In this document: in pieces, positions 54,758 through 64,000 of the stretch
Layout of the letters: every line of letters begins with the position of its first letter
Position numbering within the stretch: position 1 is the first letter of the stretch
Source: Candidatus Latescibacterota bacterium
GTDB taxonomy: Bacteria > Latescibacterota > UBA2968 > GCA-2709665
Assembly: GCA_965248435.1 (NCBI GenBank)
Contig: OZ252100.1
Location: 96,001 to 160,000 of the forward strand
DNA length: 64,000 nt
Direction of reading: 5' to 3'
Notes under the pieces: generated by a model
What the model saw: the letters and a program-made list of their open reading frames with translations, nothing else
What the model was told of the DNA's origin: nothing
Databases searched by the model: none
Translations under genes and position numbers: made by a program

Positions 54758-57745
54758 ATGACGAAAATCAGTAAGACAGGCTTGGCTTTCCTGATCGGAC
54801 TCGGGGTCGCGTCCCACGCACAGGTGGCAGGCGGTCGCAGCTTCGAGGTAGAGGCCGGAGAGGATCGCATCCAGGCGGTCCTCCCTTCCCTCGCTCCCGG
54901 AGATACGATTCTTTTGGTCTCTCAAGCGGGCGTCTACAGGGAAAGTGCCGCTCTGGAACTGCCTGCCATGCCGCTAAAAATACTCGCTCGGGATGGTGTC
55001 AGGCCCACACTGAAGTCCCTCGGGACCTCCCAGATGCGTGTACAAGGGGATCTCTACATAGAGGGGATCCGATTCGATGGGGCAAAGGCGGTTGAATACG
55101 GCATCGTGATGGATGCGGATCCCTCCTCGTCTCTGAGGATCGAAGGGTGTGAATTCACCGGCCACGTGAAGGCCGCCGTCACCGATTCGGGAAGACCGTT
55201 CGAATCCTGTGTCGTAAAGAACAGCCTCTTTTACGACATCGGTCAGGTGGCCATATCGTTCAAATCGAAGGATGTTTGCAGGAACCTGGTCGTCGAGAAC
55301 TCCACGTTTTATGGACTGGGTGAAAGTGCCGTGAGTCTGGTAGAAGGGGATCAGGCGCTTTCAGCCAGAATCAATCACGTGACCGTTTATGACTCTTACG
55401 ACGGTATCGTCTTGACCTCTGTGAACGATTCGAGGATCTCGGAGACTATTCTAGCCGATTGTCGAGGGAAGTCGGTCAGGACGGGACCCGACGGCCGCGT
55501 CGCAAGTACGTGCCTTTACCGCAGTTCTGGATCGCACGACCACGTCGAGGGCGCCGTCTGTCTGAATTGCATCGGATCAGACCCCGCGTTTTACGACGCC
55601 CGCGCGGGTGACTTCTCGCTGCTGCCGGAGTCCCCCTGTCTTTGGGTGGGAGAGGGTCAGCAACCGGTCGGAGACCGCCGATGGTCGGGGCCTGCAACGA
55701 CGGAGGCGTCACGGCGACGCCGGATCGACCGGACGGTGAAGTGGAGTGCGGGCATAGGGGGAGCGATGGGGGCCATCCTGCTGCTGTTCGGGGTTGGACG
55801 GTGGCATACGTCCCAGAAGACAAGCCGACAGATCCGGGAGCGAGATGCCAGATATCGAGCCGTTCTCGAAGCGAGCAAAGATGGGATCGCCCTGGTGGAT
55901 CCGGAATCCCACTACATTCTCGAGATGAACGCGTCGTTCGTCTCACAGTTTGGACTGAACCTACCATTAGAACCTGAGATCGTTTTCGATGAGCTTTTAG
56001 ACGAACGGGATAAGCTGGCCGACCTATACGATTCCGCGCTGAATGCCCGTTTTTACCGGGGTCAGCACTCTGTCAAGCGATCCACTGGAGCGGCGAAGCA
56101 CCTGGAGATTGTTGCAACACCCATGGACTACCAGGGGAGGCCGATCGCTTGTGTGGTCGCCCGGGACACCACCGAGCTTATGTATCAAACGACCCGGCTT
56201 GTCGAGGCAGAGGAACGTCTTCGCTACCTCCTGCGCTCCAGTCCCGCAGTGCTCTACAGCCGGGACCCGAGCGATCTTATGGGATTCACGTTTCTCTCCG
56301 AGAGTATCGAGCGACTGCTGGGATTTGCACCGGAGGAGATGATTTCGGATTCGGAATTCTTCAAGTGGCGTATTCATATGGAGGATCTCCCGAGGGTCAT
56401 GGGTGAACAACCCCGCGTGCTGCGGGGAGGAACCGTGACGCTGGAATACCGCGTGCAGCACAAAGACGGCTCATACCTGTGGATTCGAGACGAATCATAT
56501 CTGGTACGAGACGAGGCCGGGCTATCTTCGGAGATCGTGGGGTCCATCATGGACATTACCTCGAGACTCGATGCAGAGCATCGTCGAATGGCCGCTGAGA
56601 AGGAGTTGGACGAGAGCGAGGAGCGATTTCGGTCCGTGGTAGAACACGCTGCAGATGCGATTTTTGTCGTAGGATCCGACGGAAGGTTTCTTGATGCCAA
56701 CCAACAAGCTTATAGAAGCCTGGGATATGAACGGGATGAACTCCTTGCCTTGTCCGTCCCTGATGTCCAGATAAAATTGACGACTGAAGAATTTGAAAAG
56801 ATGCAGAAGCAAGTGATGTCCGGGGTGACCGTCACGAAAGATGGATTCCACCGGCGTAAGGACGGGACGACGTTCCCCGTGGAGGTGCGCATCGGTTCAC
56901 TCTACCTCGATGGCCGCCCGCGGCTTCTTGCCCTGGCCCGAGACGTTACCGAACGCAAGCGGACAGAAGAGGCCAAAGAGCGGGCGGAGCAGGAGCTCGA
57001 AGCTCAAAAAGCCCTCTCGATCCGCGCAGACCGTCTTCGCTCTCTGGGTGAGATGGCCGCGGGGATCGCGCACGAACTCAACCAGCCCCTTGTGGGCGTC
57101 AGAGGTCTGGCCGAGCATATCCTCATCGGTTTGGACCGAGGATGGAATCTTACCAAAGAGAAGCTCCAGGACAGAGCCGAGAGGATCGTGGAGCAGGCGG
57201 ACCGTATGGTCCACATCATCGATCACGTTAGGATGTTCGCGCGCGAAGCTGGCAAGCCGGAGTTGGAGTCAATACAGGTGAACGAGGTTGTGAAGTCTGG
57301 GATGGAGATGATCGGGGCTCAGTTCATGTCTCGAGGTGTCCTCTTATCGTCGGATTTGGGGGAAGATCTACCCGAGGTGGAGGCGAATCCGTTCTCTTTG
57401 GAAGAGGTGTTGTTGAATCTGTTGAGCAACGCGAGAGACGCAGTTGAATCGTGCTCCAGGGATAATGGTTCGGACCCGGAAGTGATCATTCGCACCGGCC
57501 TGGAAATTGGAAGGTCTAACAGAGTGTTCGTTCAGGTGCAGGACAACGGGACGGGCATCCCGCCTCAAGTCCTGGAGCGCGTGTTCGACCCGTTCTTTAC
57601 TACGAAAGAGCCAGACAAGGGGACGGGGTTGGGGTTGTCGATCTCGAGGTCGATCGTGGAGGATTTCGACGGAGAGATGAAGATCGAGACAGGCGAAGGG
57701 AATGGAACGACGGTATCGATCCTGCTTCCCACCAAAAAAGCCTAA
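54758..57745 (+). CDS. Sensor histidine kinase: extracellular beta-helix, TM, three PAS domains, HisKA/HATPase
   Basis: Signal peptide; repeats IEGIRFDG, IEGCEF, VKNSLF, VENSTF, INHVTV; DPAF...GDFSL...GDRRW; AHELNQP, NARDA, GTGLGL. Confidence 0.9.
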   Translation: MTKISKTGLAFLIGLGVASHAQVAGGRSFEVEAGEDRIQAVLPSLAPGDTILLVSQAGVYRESAALELPAMPLKILARDGVRPTLKSLGTSQMRVQGDLYIEGIRFDGAKAVEYGIVMDADPSSSLRIEGCEFTGHVKAAVTDSGRPFESCVVKNSLFYDIGQVAISFKSKDVCRNLVVENSTFYGLGESAVSLVEGDQALSARINHVTVYDSYDGIVLTSVNDSRISETILADCRGKSVRTGPDGRVASTCLYRSSGSHDHVEGAVCLNCIGSDPAFYDARAGDFSLLPESPCLWVGEGQQPVGDRRWSGPATTEASRRRRIDRTVKWSAGIGGAMGAILLLFGVGRWHTSQKTSRQIRERDARYRAVLEASKDGIALVDPESHYILEMNASFVSQFGLNLPLEPEIVFDELLDERDKLADLYDSALNARFYRGQHSVKRSTGAAKHLEIVATPMDYQGRPIACVVARDTTELMYQTTRLVEAEERLRYLLRSSPAVLYSRDPSDLMGFTFLSESIERLLGFAPEEMISDSEFFKWRIHMEDLPRVMGEQPRVLRGGTVTLEYRVQHKDGSYLWIRDESYLVRDEAGLSSEIVGSIMDITSRLDAEHRRMAAEKELDESEERFRSVVEHAADAIFVVGSDGRFLDANQQAYRSLGYERDELLALSVPDVQIKLTTEEFEKMQKQVMSGVTVTKDGFHRRKDGTTFPVEVRIGSLYLDGRPRLLALARDVTERKRTEEAKERAEQELEAQKALSIRADRLRSLGEMAAGIAHELNQPLVGVRGLAEHILIGLDRGWNLTKEKLQDRAERIVEQADRMVHIIDHVRMFAREAGKPELESIQVNEVVKSGMEMIGAQFMSRGVLLSSDLGEDLPEVEANPFSLEEVLLNLLSNARDAVESCSRDNGSDPEVIIRTGLEIGRSNRVFVQVQDNGTGIPPQVLERVFDPFFTTKEPDKGTGLGLSISRSIVEDFDGEMKIETGEGNGTTVSILLPTKKA

Positions 57746-57852
57746 TCGGAGTCAACATAAGAACTCGCTTCAGGTAAAATCAGAAAGGCTCTGCTCAATT
57801 TGGTTCGTCAACATGAGTTGGCTCCTACCTGATACGCGACGCGATTTCATGC

Positions 57853-58548
57853 TTAACTGGCGCGCCGGGCATAATAGATCATCCCCAGCGCGCCGCGCTC
57901 CCGCTCGCTCGGATTCGAGTCTGCCCGGTGAATGATCATGCAGTGGTGGGCAATCATGTCTCCGGGAGTTGCGTGGATCTGCATCTCCGCTTTGTAGTCC
58001 TCATCGCCATAATCCGTGATCCCCTTTGAGAACCCCAGGATGTCTGTGGGCTGGTGCGGCCGCATGCCCCGCCTGTGCGAACCCGGCACGTAGCGGACAC
58101 AGCCGTTCTCCTCATCGACGGTATCCAGTGCCAGCCAGAAGGTGAGTGCCTCGCTCGGGTCAAGTTTGAAGTAGAACCCGTCCTGATGAGGCGGTGTCTC
58201 GTCGCCGGTGCGTACCGGCTTTCCGAACCAGTCCAGGTTTCTGCATTTCACTTCGTCCTCCATGAGCAGCTCCGCCAGTTTGACGAATGGGTCGCTGAAA
58301 AGGAGGTCTTTGAAGTAGCGGTCGTGATCCGACATGAGGGACATCCGCAACATGGTTTCGGGCTGCCCCTCGACCTGGTAAAAGGCAGCGTCCGAGGACA
58401 AATACGGCAGGACCTCAGTTCTGTATCGGTCGACCTCCGCATTCAATTGGGTCATCTCCGGTGGGGAGAAGAAACCGGGGAGCATTACAAACCCATTCCC
58501 GTCAAAGTTAGCCTTGATCTGATTCGAATTGTTTTGCCAGTCTATCAT
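57853..58548 (-). CDS. Phytanoyl-CoA dioxygenase family protein
   Basis: TPPHQD, WLALD...ENGC..YVPGSH, IHR...N.S...R. Confidence 0.9.
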   Translation of the reverse strand: MIDWQNNSNQIKANFDGNGFVMLPGFFSPPEMTQLNAEVDRYRTEVLPYLSSDAAFYQVEGQPETMLRMSLMSDHDRYFKDLLFSDPFVKLAELLMEDEVKCRNLDWFGKPVRTGDETPPHQDGFYFKLDPSEALTFWLALDTVDEENGCVRYVPGSHRRGMRPHQPTDILGFSKGITDYGDEDYKAEMQIHATPGDMIAHHCMIIHRADSNPSERERGALGMIYYARRAS

Positions 58549-58567
58549 GCCGCCTCCTGCTGGTGAC

Positions 58568-59293
58568 TTACTCCGTGCAGTGAAAGATGTCCCCCGCGGC
58601 CCCCGTGTGAACGGCCATTCGATGCAACTCTTCTTTGTCTAGGAAATCTCCCGCACCGAATTTCTCCACCCTGAAGCCACTCTCTCGAAGTCTGTCCAAG
58701 AAGTCCGGCCCGTACCGACGGACGTGGTCCTCTTGCCCAAACAATCGGAGACGCGTTTTTGGATCAGTCGCACTCGCGTCTTCAATCGTCTCCCCCGCCG
58801 TGATGGGCACGAGCAGGACCGCCCATCCGCTCGGCCTGAGTACGCGAAACAACTCGCTCATGGCCCGGCGATCATCAGGAATATGCTCGAAGACGTGGCT
58901 GCAGTAGATGACGTCGAACGAATCGTCCGGGTGCGGAATGTCGGTTATGTCCATGCTTTCGGTCTCATCTGCACTACTCAAATCCACAGCCAGATATCCC
59001 GGTAGAAGTGCTTCCAATCGCGGTCGCATACAGGCTTCGGGTGCAACGTGAAGCATGCGCTTCGGGCTTCCGTCGAACAGGTCTGTTCGCTCCTGGAAGT
59101 ATCGCCAGACCAATCGGTGCCGCTCGAGCGCGCCACACCATGCGCATCTTGCGTTCGGCCTTGGAATCACCCCGGACTCGAGGAACTTGCGCGAGTGTCT
59201 GCAGCAGACCGGGCAGTACCGACGCCGACCGACCAGCCAGATGGTTTTGACGATGGATAGGAGACTTCCGGGAATGAGGTCCTGAAAACGCAC
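58568..59293 (-). CDS. Class I SAM-dependent methyltransferase with Cys motifs
   Basis: CPVC, CAWC..LERHR, LHVAPE, FDVIYCSHVFEH, RVLRPSG. Confidence 0.88.
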   Translation of the reverse strand: MRFQDLIPGSLLSIVKTIWLVGRRRYCPVCCRHSRKFLESGVIPRPNARCAWCGALERHRLVWRYFQERTDLFDGSPKRMLHVAPEACMRPRLEALLPGYLAVDLSSADETESMDITDIPHPDDSFDVIYCSHVFEHIPDDRRAMSELFRVLRPSGWAVLLVPITAGETIEDASATDPKTRLRLFGQEDHVRRYGPDFLDRLRESGFRVEKFGAGDFLDKEELHRMAVHTGAAGDIFHCTE

Positions 59294-59500
59294 GAATCAG
59301 CCCTGAGTGAAGTGGCGTGGCACAGAAGAGGGCACACAAATGTGATTGTGAAGCGCGTCATAATGCTGAATATTCCTTGAGATGTCAAGACAGGAGGAGG
59401 CCAAATTGTATTCAGAACCAGGTAAATACTCATTGATTTCTGCATCGTGAAACACGAGGGCGTGTATCGCGTGTCGAGGACATAACAGAGGGAACAGCTC

Positions 59501-60280
59501 ATGGATCAAGCGCACTCACTCGCAGGGAAAAAGGCCTTCGTCACGGGAGGCAAGCGGCGTATCGGTCGCGGTATCGCCCTGGCCCTGGCCGGAGCCGGTG
59601 CCGATGTCGGCATCAACGATCTCGAACTGGACGCCGATGGTGAGGAGACACTGACCCTGATCCGTGCCATGGGTCGGGAAGCAGACTTCTTCCCCGGGGA
59701 CATCTCCGACAGCAGGCAAGTGGAGGAGATGTTCGTGGCTTTCCGGGCGCGTTTCGGTCGCATCGACATTCTCGCAAACAATCCCTACGGCGGAACGGGT
59801 CAGCACTTTCTCGAGCTCACCGAAGAGAATTGGGACCGGAATCTGGACGTCGGCCTCAAGGGGTTCTACCTTTGCAGTCAGCAGGCCGCGCGGGCGATGG
59901 TCGAGCAGGGGGGTGGTGGCTGCATTGTCAGCACGTCATCCGTCCACAGCCGGCGCACGTGGAAAGGCGACACCGCCTACGGGTCGGCCAAGGCCGGTGT
60001 GCTGCGCTTGACTGAGAGCATGGCAGTCGATTTGGGAGAGCACGGAATCCGCTGCAACGCAGTGCTGCCCGGTCACATGGACACGAACCACGTGTTCGCC
60101 ACGCCGCCTCCGGCTTTCGGGTCGATCGACAAGGAGCTCTACGAGATGGTCCCCCTGCGCCGGCGCGGTACACCCGAAGACATCGGTCGCGCTGTCGCGT
60201 TCCTTTGCTCCCCGGCCGCGGGTTGTATCACCGGCGTCTCCTTGCCCGTGGACGGGGGACTGCTCACCACCGGGACGTGA
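59501..60280 (+). CDS. Short-chain dehydrogenase/reductase
   Basis: VTGG.RRIGRG, IDILANN, YGSAK, ITG..LPVDGG. Confidence 0.92.
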   Translation: MDQAHSLAGKKAFVTGGKRRIGRGIALALAGAGADVGINDLELDADGEETLTLIRAMGREADFFPGDISDSRQVEEMFVAFRARFGRIDILANNPYGGTGQHFLELTEENWDRNLDVGLKGFYLCSQQAARAMVEQGGGGCIVSTSSVHSRRTWKGDTAYGSAKAGVLRLTESMAVDLGEHGIRCNAVLPGHMDTNHVFATPPPAFGSIDKELYEMVPLRRRGTPEDIGRAVAFLCSPAAGCITGVSLPVDGGLLTTGT

Positions 60281-60891
60281 ATGGTCGGACTCTTTCACAT
60301 TCGAGGCAACCGGACAGACCGCGCAGCCTATGAAGGCTTCGCGAGCGGTACGGAGGTGGATTTCGGTCACGCAATATCGTCTGATCTGGTCGTTTGGGAA
60401 CGGCGCGAGTCGGTAGTTGAACGTAGCCCGAGAGGAAGCTGGGATGAATTCAAGGTGTTTGCCCCACATATCGTCGAGCAGGACGGTGTCTATTTCATGT
60501 TTACACAGGATTGAACTATCCGCATCCAGAGTGGAGAAGACACCACAGCCTGGAAAGGATCGGTCTGGCCACTTCACGGGACCTGTTTCACTGGGAGAAA
60601 CACACCGACAATCCTGTAGTCACCCCCGGCGATCGGGCGATGTGGGGCGAACCGAAGCCGCCCGGAGATGTCAAGATGTCGGCAGGACGGGATCCGATGA
60701 TCTTCTTGGATGATGACCTGGCGATCACCAAGCCGGACTACGACTATTCCGGCGGATACGCGGGGCTGTTCGCGAAAGGGGAGGCTGATTTCAAGGAAAT
60801 TGAATGGGATCACCTCGGTCTTGGGCAGGCGCACTTCTGGGGCAAACCTTCCGGAATGGCCGATTCAAGTCGACGAAGAACATACGCGTGA
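60281..60891 (+). pseudogene. GH32/43/130-like beta-propeller hydrolase fragment, frameshifted
   Basis: GHAISSDLVVW, FAPHIV, MF(Y)TG broken at ~60502, IGLATSRDLFHW...NPV, RDP; too short for a full propeller. Confidence 0.7.
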
Positions 60892-61085
60892 TTGCTGGGG
60901 GATTGGAGTGTTGGAGTAATGGAGTTTTGGGACACAGGGCTAGGATACTGGTTTTCCAATACTCCACCACTCCAGTACTGCAATACTCCAGAATCGAAAC
61001 GTTTGGAGGCTTCACCAGAACCCGGTATGTGGCTTCCTTCTTCATTCGATATTCTGCTGTTCGATGTTCATTATTCGGTCTTTCA
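60892..61085. repeat. Short degenerate tandem repeats in inverted arrays
   Basis: TGGAGT-containing octamers facing ACTCCA-containing octamers, then TTCGAT/ATTC heptamers; spans the junction of two convergent genes. Confidence 0.55.
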
Positions 61086-61134
61086 TTGGGTCGTGTAGCC
61101 GCCGTCGACTGGAGGCCTCATTTCGATCCTTTTG

Positions 61135-62007
61135 CTATTGCGTTTTGTGGCATGCCAGGGGCAGGCCCGGGATGGAAAGTTCGACCTGTCCAATATGCCA
61201 TCGGCCCAGATTCGCGATGTAGAGCGTCTTGAAATCGGGCCCGCCGAAGGCCAAGTTCGTGCAGTTGGCCATAGCGTGGCAGAGGACATCCTCGACCAGG
61301 ATCGAGGTCTTCCGCTGCGGATCGATCCTGTAGATGCGCGACGGGGCGTAGCAGGAGCAGTAGAGGTTTCCTTCCACGTCGAACGCAAGACCGTCCGGCA
61401 CGTGAACGACGTCATCCACGAACAGTTCGCGAGGGCCGGCCGAGCCATTAGGGTTGATTCTGTAGCGGCAGATCCCTGGAAGAAAGCTCTCCACGACGTA
61501 GAGGTAGGACTCTTCGGCGTCCAGCGTCATCCCGTTGGCGAACGTCAAATCAGACCCGGCCCACAGCCGTCCCTCGCCGTCTGCATCGAAGGCATAGACG
61601 GCTCCTGTCGCCTGCTCGAAGGCACCTGAATCCGACACGTATAACGTGCCGTCCGAGGCGAAGACAGGATAGTTCGGCAGTTCGAGATGAGTGTCGTCGA
61701 CTGTTTCGGCCAGGGTGTCCACGCGCATCGTCTCCGTATCCATCCGCATGACGGCCCTGTTCTTCGGGTCGCAGAGGGCCATCCAGGATCCATCCGGAGA
61801 GAACGCCAGGCCCAACACGAACCCGCCCGTGCTGGCCACCTGTTCGGGTTTACCCTCGCTCGGATCGATTCGGTAGATCTGTCCGGCCTCTCCGCCGCAC
61901 CACACGGCCCCATCCGGCGCCACCGCGACGCCCTCGGGGTGGTCCATGTCCTCCGCGAGGATGCTGACCTGCTTCACGTCGATTTCCGCTTTATCACTGG
62001 GCGACAT
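61135..62007 (-). CDS. SMP-30/gluconolactonase family protein
   Basis: HPEG, PNY...DG.LYVSDS, FANG, PDGLAFD.EGNLY, TNLAFGG. Confidence 0.9.
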   Translation of the reverse strand: MSPSDKAEIDVKQVSILAEDMDHPEGVAVAPDGAVWCGGEAGQIYRIDPSEGKPEQVASTGGFVLGLAFSPDGSWMALCDPKNRAVMRMDTETMRVDTLAETVDDTHLELPNYPVFASDGTLYVSDSGAFEQATGAVYAFDADGEGRLWAGSDLTFANGMTLDAEESYLYVVESFLPGICRYRINPNGSAGPRELFVDDVVHVPDGLAFDVEGNLYCSCYAPSRIYRIDPQRKTSILVEDVLCHAMANCTNLAFGGPDFKTLYIANLGRWHIGQVELSIPGLPLACHKTQ

Positions 62008-62660
62008 CCTTTATCCTCTCCTTTCGACGTCCGGGTTCAGTGTGAGCCGCTCGATACCTCCTGAAGCGAGGATGAGTCTGTCGTCGCGACGCATCTGAAG
62101 GGCGGCCTGATGCAGCATTCGGTCGTCGAGCAGATGCGATCAGAAGGAGTACTGCGTCCATCGGGCCCAACGGGCGCGCCGCGGACCCGGGTTCAACTTC
62201 CGGTTCGTCAGGGTTGCTGAGAAGGGGGTATGGGAGGCACCTGGATTGGTTGAGTCGGATTGCGAAAGGTCTTATTCGGAGCTGCGTATGGATGCTGAAA
62301 ATCCTTTAGAATGTCAAGCAATATACAGCCAGGCGCGCTTGTTCGGACAGGATCGGCCGGTCACTTCAGGATGGAGCTTCGGATCCAGGACATCATGAGA
62401 AAAACCGCACCGCCATCTCAATCTCAGGCGGTGCGGTTCTCTGATCGGCCTCCTTCAGTGGGTGACGCCGCTCATTTCAAGAGAGACGCTGAAGAGTAGG
62501 TTCTCAATCAATAAGTACTACTCGCATTTTGTGGGATGTCGAGGGTAAGCCAGGGCTACTCCGGAATGGAAAGGCCTGTCCTCAAAGTGAACTTGACAGC
62601 GGGCCTTCCTGCGTCTTAGGTTGAGCGCCGTGAATGATCTGTTAAGGAGCTCACAGACCC

Positions 62661-63380
62661 ATGACCCTACCTGAGAAGCTCATACAAGAGCTGCTGTTCG
62701 GGCCCCTCGTGATCTTTTTGATCGGGGGCCTGATGATCTTTTTCCGGAGGAGGCGCCGGGACGGCTTCAGGGCCGGATATCGGATCGGCCTGCTGGGTCT
62801 CGCCGCACTCGCGGTCCTCTGCAGCTATCCCATGGTGGCCCTCTTCTCCACGCCCCTGAGACTCATGATGCCGGACGGGGCTGAAGAGAATGCGGACATC
62901 ATCGTCGTGCTGTCGAGCAGCGTGACATCTCAAGGCGCCCCGACCTCTTACTCCGCAGACCGCGCTTACGCGGGGGCCAAGCTCTGGCTGGCAGGGCGGG
63001 CGCCGAATATCTTGCTGACCGGGGGGGAGAACAAAGACAGCCTTCGATACGCAAAGGCGATGCGACTGATCGTCAGGGGCATGACCGTGCCGGACGCTTC
63101 GATTCAGGTGAGTCCGGGCCTGAACACCTACCAGGAGGCGGCGCGTGGGAGACTGCAGCTCCAGGAGCAGGGCGTGAGCAGGGTCATCCTCGTGACTTCG
63201 TGGGTTCACATTCCGCGCGCGAAGGCCGTTTGGGAAAATCAAGGCTTCGAGGTAATCCCATATACCCGACTGCATCGAGAACCCACCAACCTCTTTTCGT
63301 GGGATAATCTGGGGGTCATGCAGGGGCTCCTTCACGAGTATGGCGGGATCGTCGTTTACAAACTGCGCGGCTGGATCTGA
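62661..63380 (+). CDS. YdcF/ElyC (DUF218) family protein
   Basis: Two TMs, IVVL, LLTGG, NTYQEA, LVTSWVHIPRA, LHEY.G. Confidence 0.9.
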   Translation: MTLPEKLIQELLFGPLVIFLIGGLMIFFRRRRRDGFRAGYRIGLLGLAALAVLCSYPMVALFSTPLRLMMPDGAEENADIIVVLSSSVTSQGAPTSYSADRAYAGAKLWLAGRAPNILLTGGENKDSLRYAKAMRLIVRGMTVPDASIQVSPGLNTYQEAARGRLQLQEQGVSRVILVTSWVHIPRAKAVWENQGFEVIPYTRLHREPTNLFSWDNLGVMQGLLHEYGGIVVYKLRGWI

Positions 63381-63482
63381 CACAAATTCGATCCGCGCAT
63401 CTTGTCGGCGATCTAACTTCCGATTATATTAGGACTTCTACCAAAGATTCAACACAATGATGCTACGGGGACATAGTTCGAG

Positions 63483-64000
63483 ATGACGGTAAAGACCGAA
63501 GATTATCTCGGGATACAGGTTTACAAGGTGGTGGGGACCCGACCGATCCGCCACGACGGTACGGACAAGGTAACGGGGCGGGCCATTTTCGGGGCCGATG
63601 TCCGCCTTCCCGGTCTCCTGCACGGAAAGGTGCTGAGGAGCCCGCACGCCCACGCCCGGATTCGATCGATCGATGTCTCCGCGGCCGCGGCCCTGGATGG
63701 CGTGCGCGCCATCATTACGGGGAAGGATCTCATTCGTGAATTCGAGGACAAGGCCGAGGACCTGGGAGAAGAAGTCGTTCGGTTGAAGTATCTCTTTTCC
63801 GGCATCCTGGCCCAGGAGAAGGTCCTGTTCCACGGACACCCGGTCGCCGCCGTGGCTGCCGTCAATTCGCACGTCGCTGAAGAGGCGCTGGGATTGATCA
63901 AGGTCGACTATGAAGTGCTTCCACCCGTTCTGGATGTCAGAAAGGCCATGGAAGAAGGCGCCCCGCTCCTGCACGAGGATCTGACGACTGAATCCCTTGA
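63483..64000 (+). CDS. Xanthine dehydrogenase-family molybdopterin-binding subunit (partial)
   Basis: Manual translation VVGTRPIRHDGTDKVTGRAIFGAD...VLRSPHAHARIRSID...; open to the window end. Confidence 0.9.
   Translation, partial: MTVKTEDYLGIQVYKVVGTRPIRHDGTDKVTGRAIFGADVRLPGLLHGKVLRSPHAHARIRSIDVSAAAALDGVRAIITGKDLIREFEDKAEDLGEEVVRLKYLFSGILAQEKVLFHGHPVAAVAAVNSHVAEEALGLIKVDYEVLPPVLDVRKAMEEGAPLLHEDLTTESL

Overview
Bacterial chromosomal window of moderately high GC. Gene content (dockerin-like tail, DUF6785-type membrane protein, HPF/HprK cluster) suggests a Latescibacterota/Gemmatimonadota-like organism (inference). It contains a metal-homeostasis locus (P1B ATPase, ArsR/SmtB, membrane-anchored DtxR-FeoA-FeoA, split FeoB, MntR/DtxR), housekeeping genes (map, hpf, hprK, lysC, ppk2, gmhA, HU, sigma70 factor, mlaEFD) and three tRNA genes (Arg-CCG, Pro-GGG, Pro-CGG). 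tRNA-Pro(CGG) carries at least two tandem decayed integrative elements, one with a Rad50/RloC-like ATPase. The best signals outside the ORF track are: (1) a riboswitch-like leader with mutually exclusive helices and a perfect anti-Shine-Dalgarno ahead of paired cation/H+ antiporter genes; (2) a UGA-recoded thioredoxin-fold selenoprotein (WASW-U-GC) with a SECIS-like hairpin; (3) two tandem IHF + sigma54 promoter modules enclosing a probable small RNA; (4) a histidine kinase with an extracellular beta-helix sensor. No CRISPR array or rRNA was seen. All product calls are by motif recognition; no database search was run.
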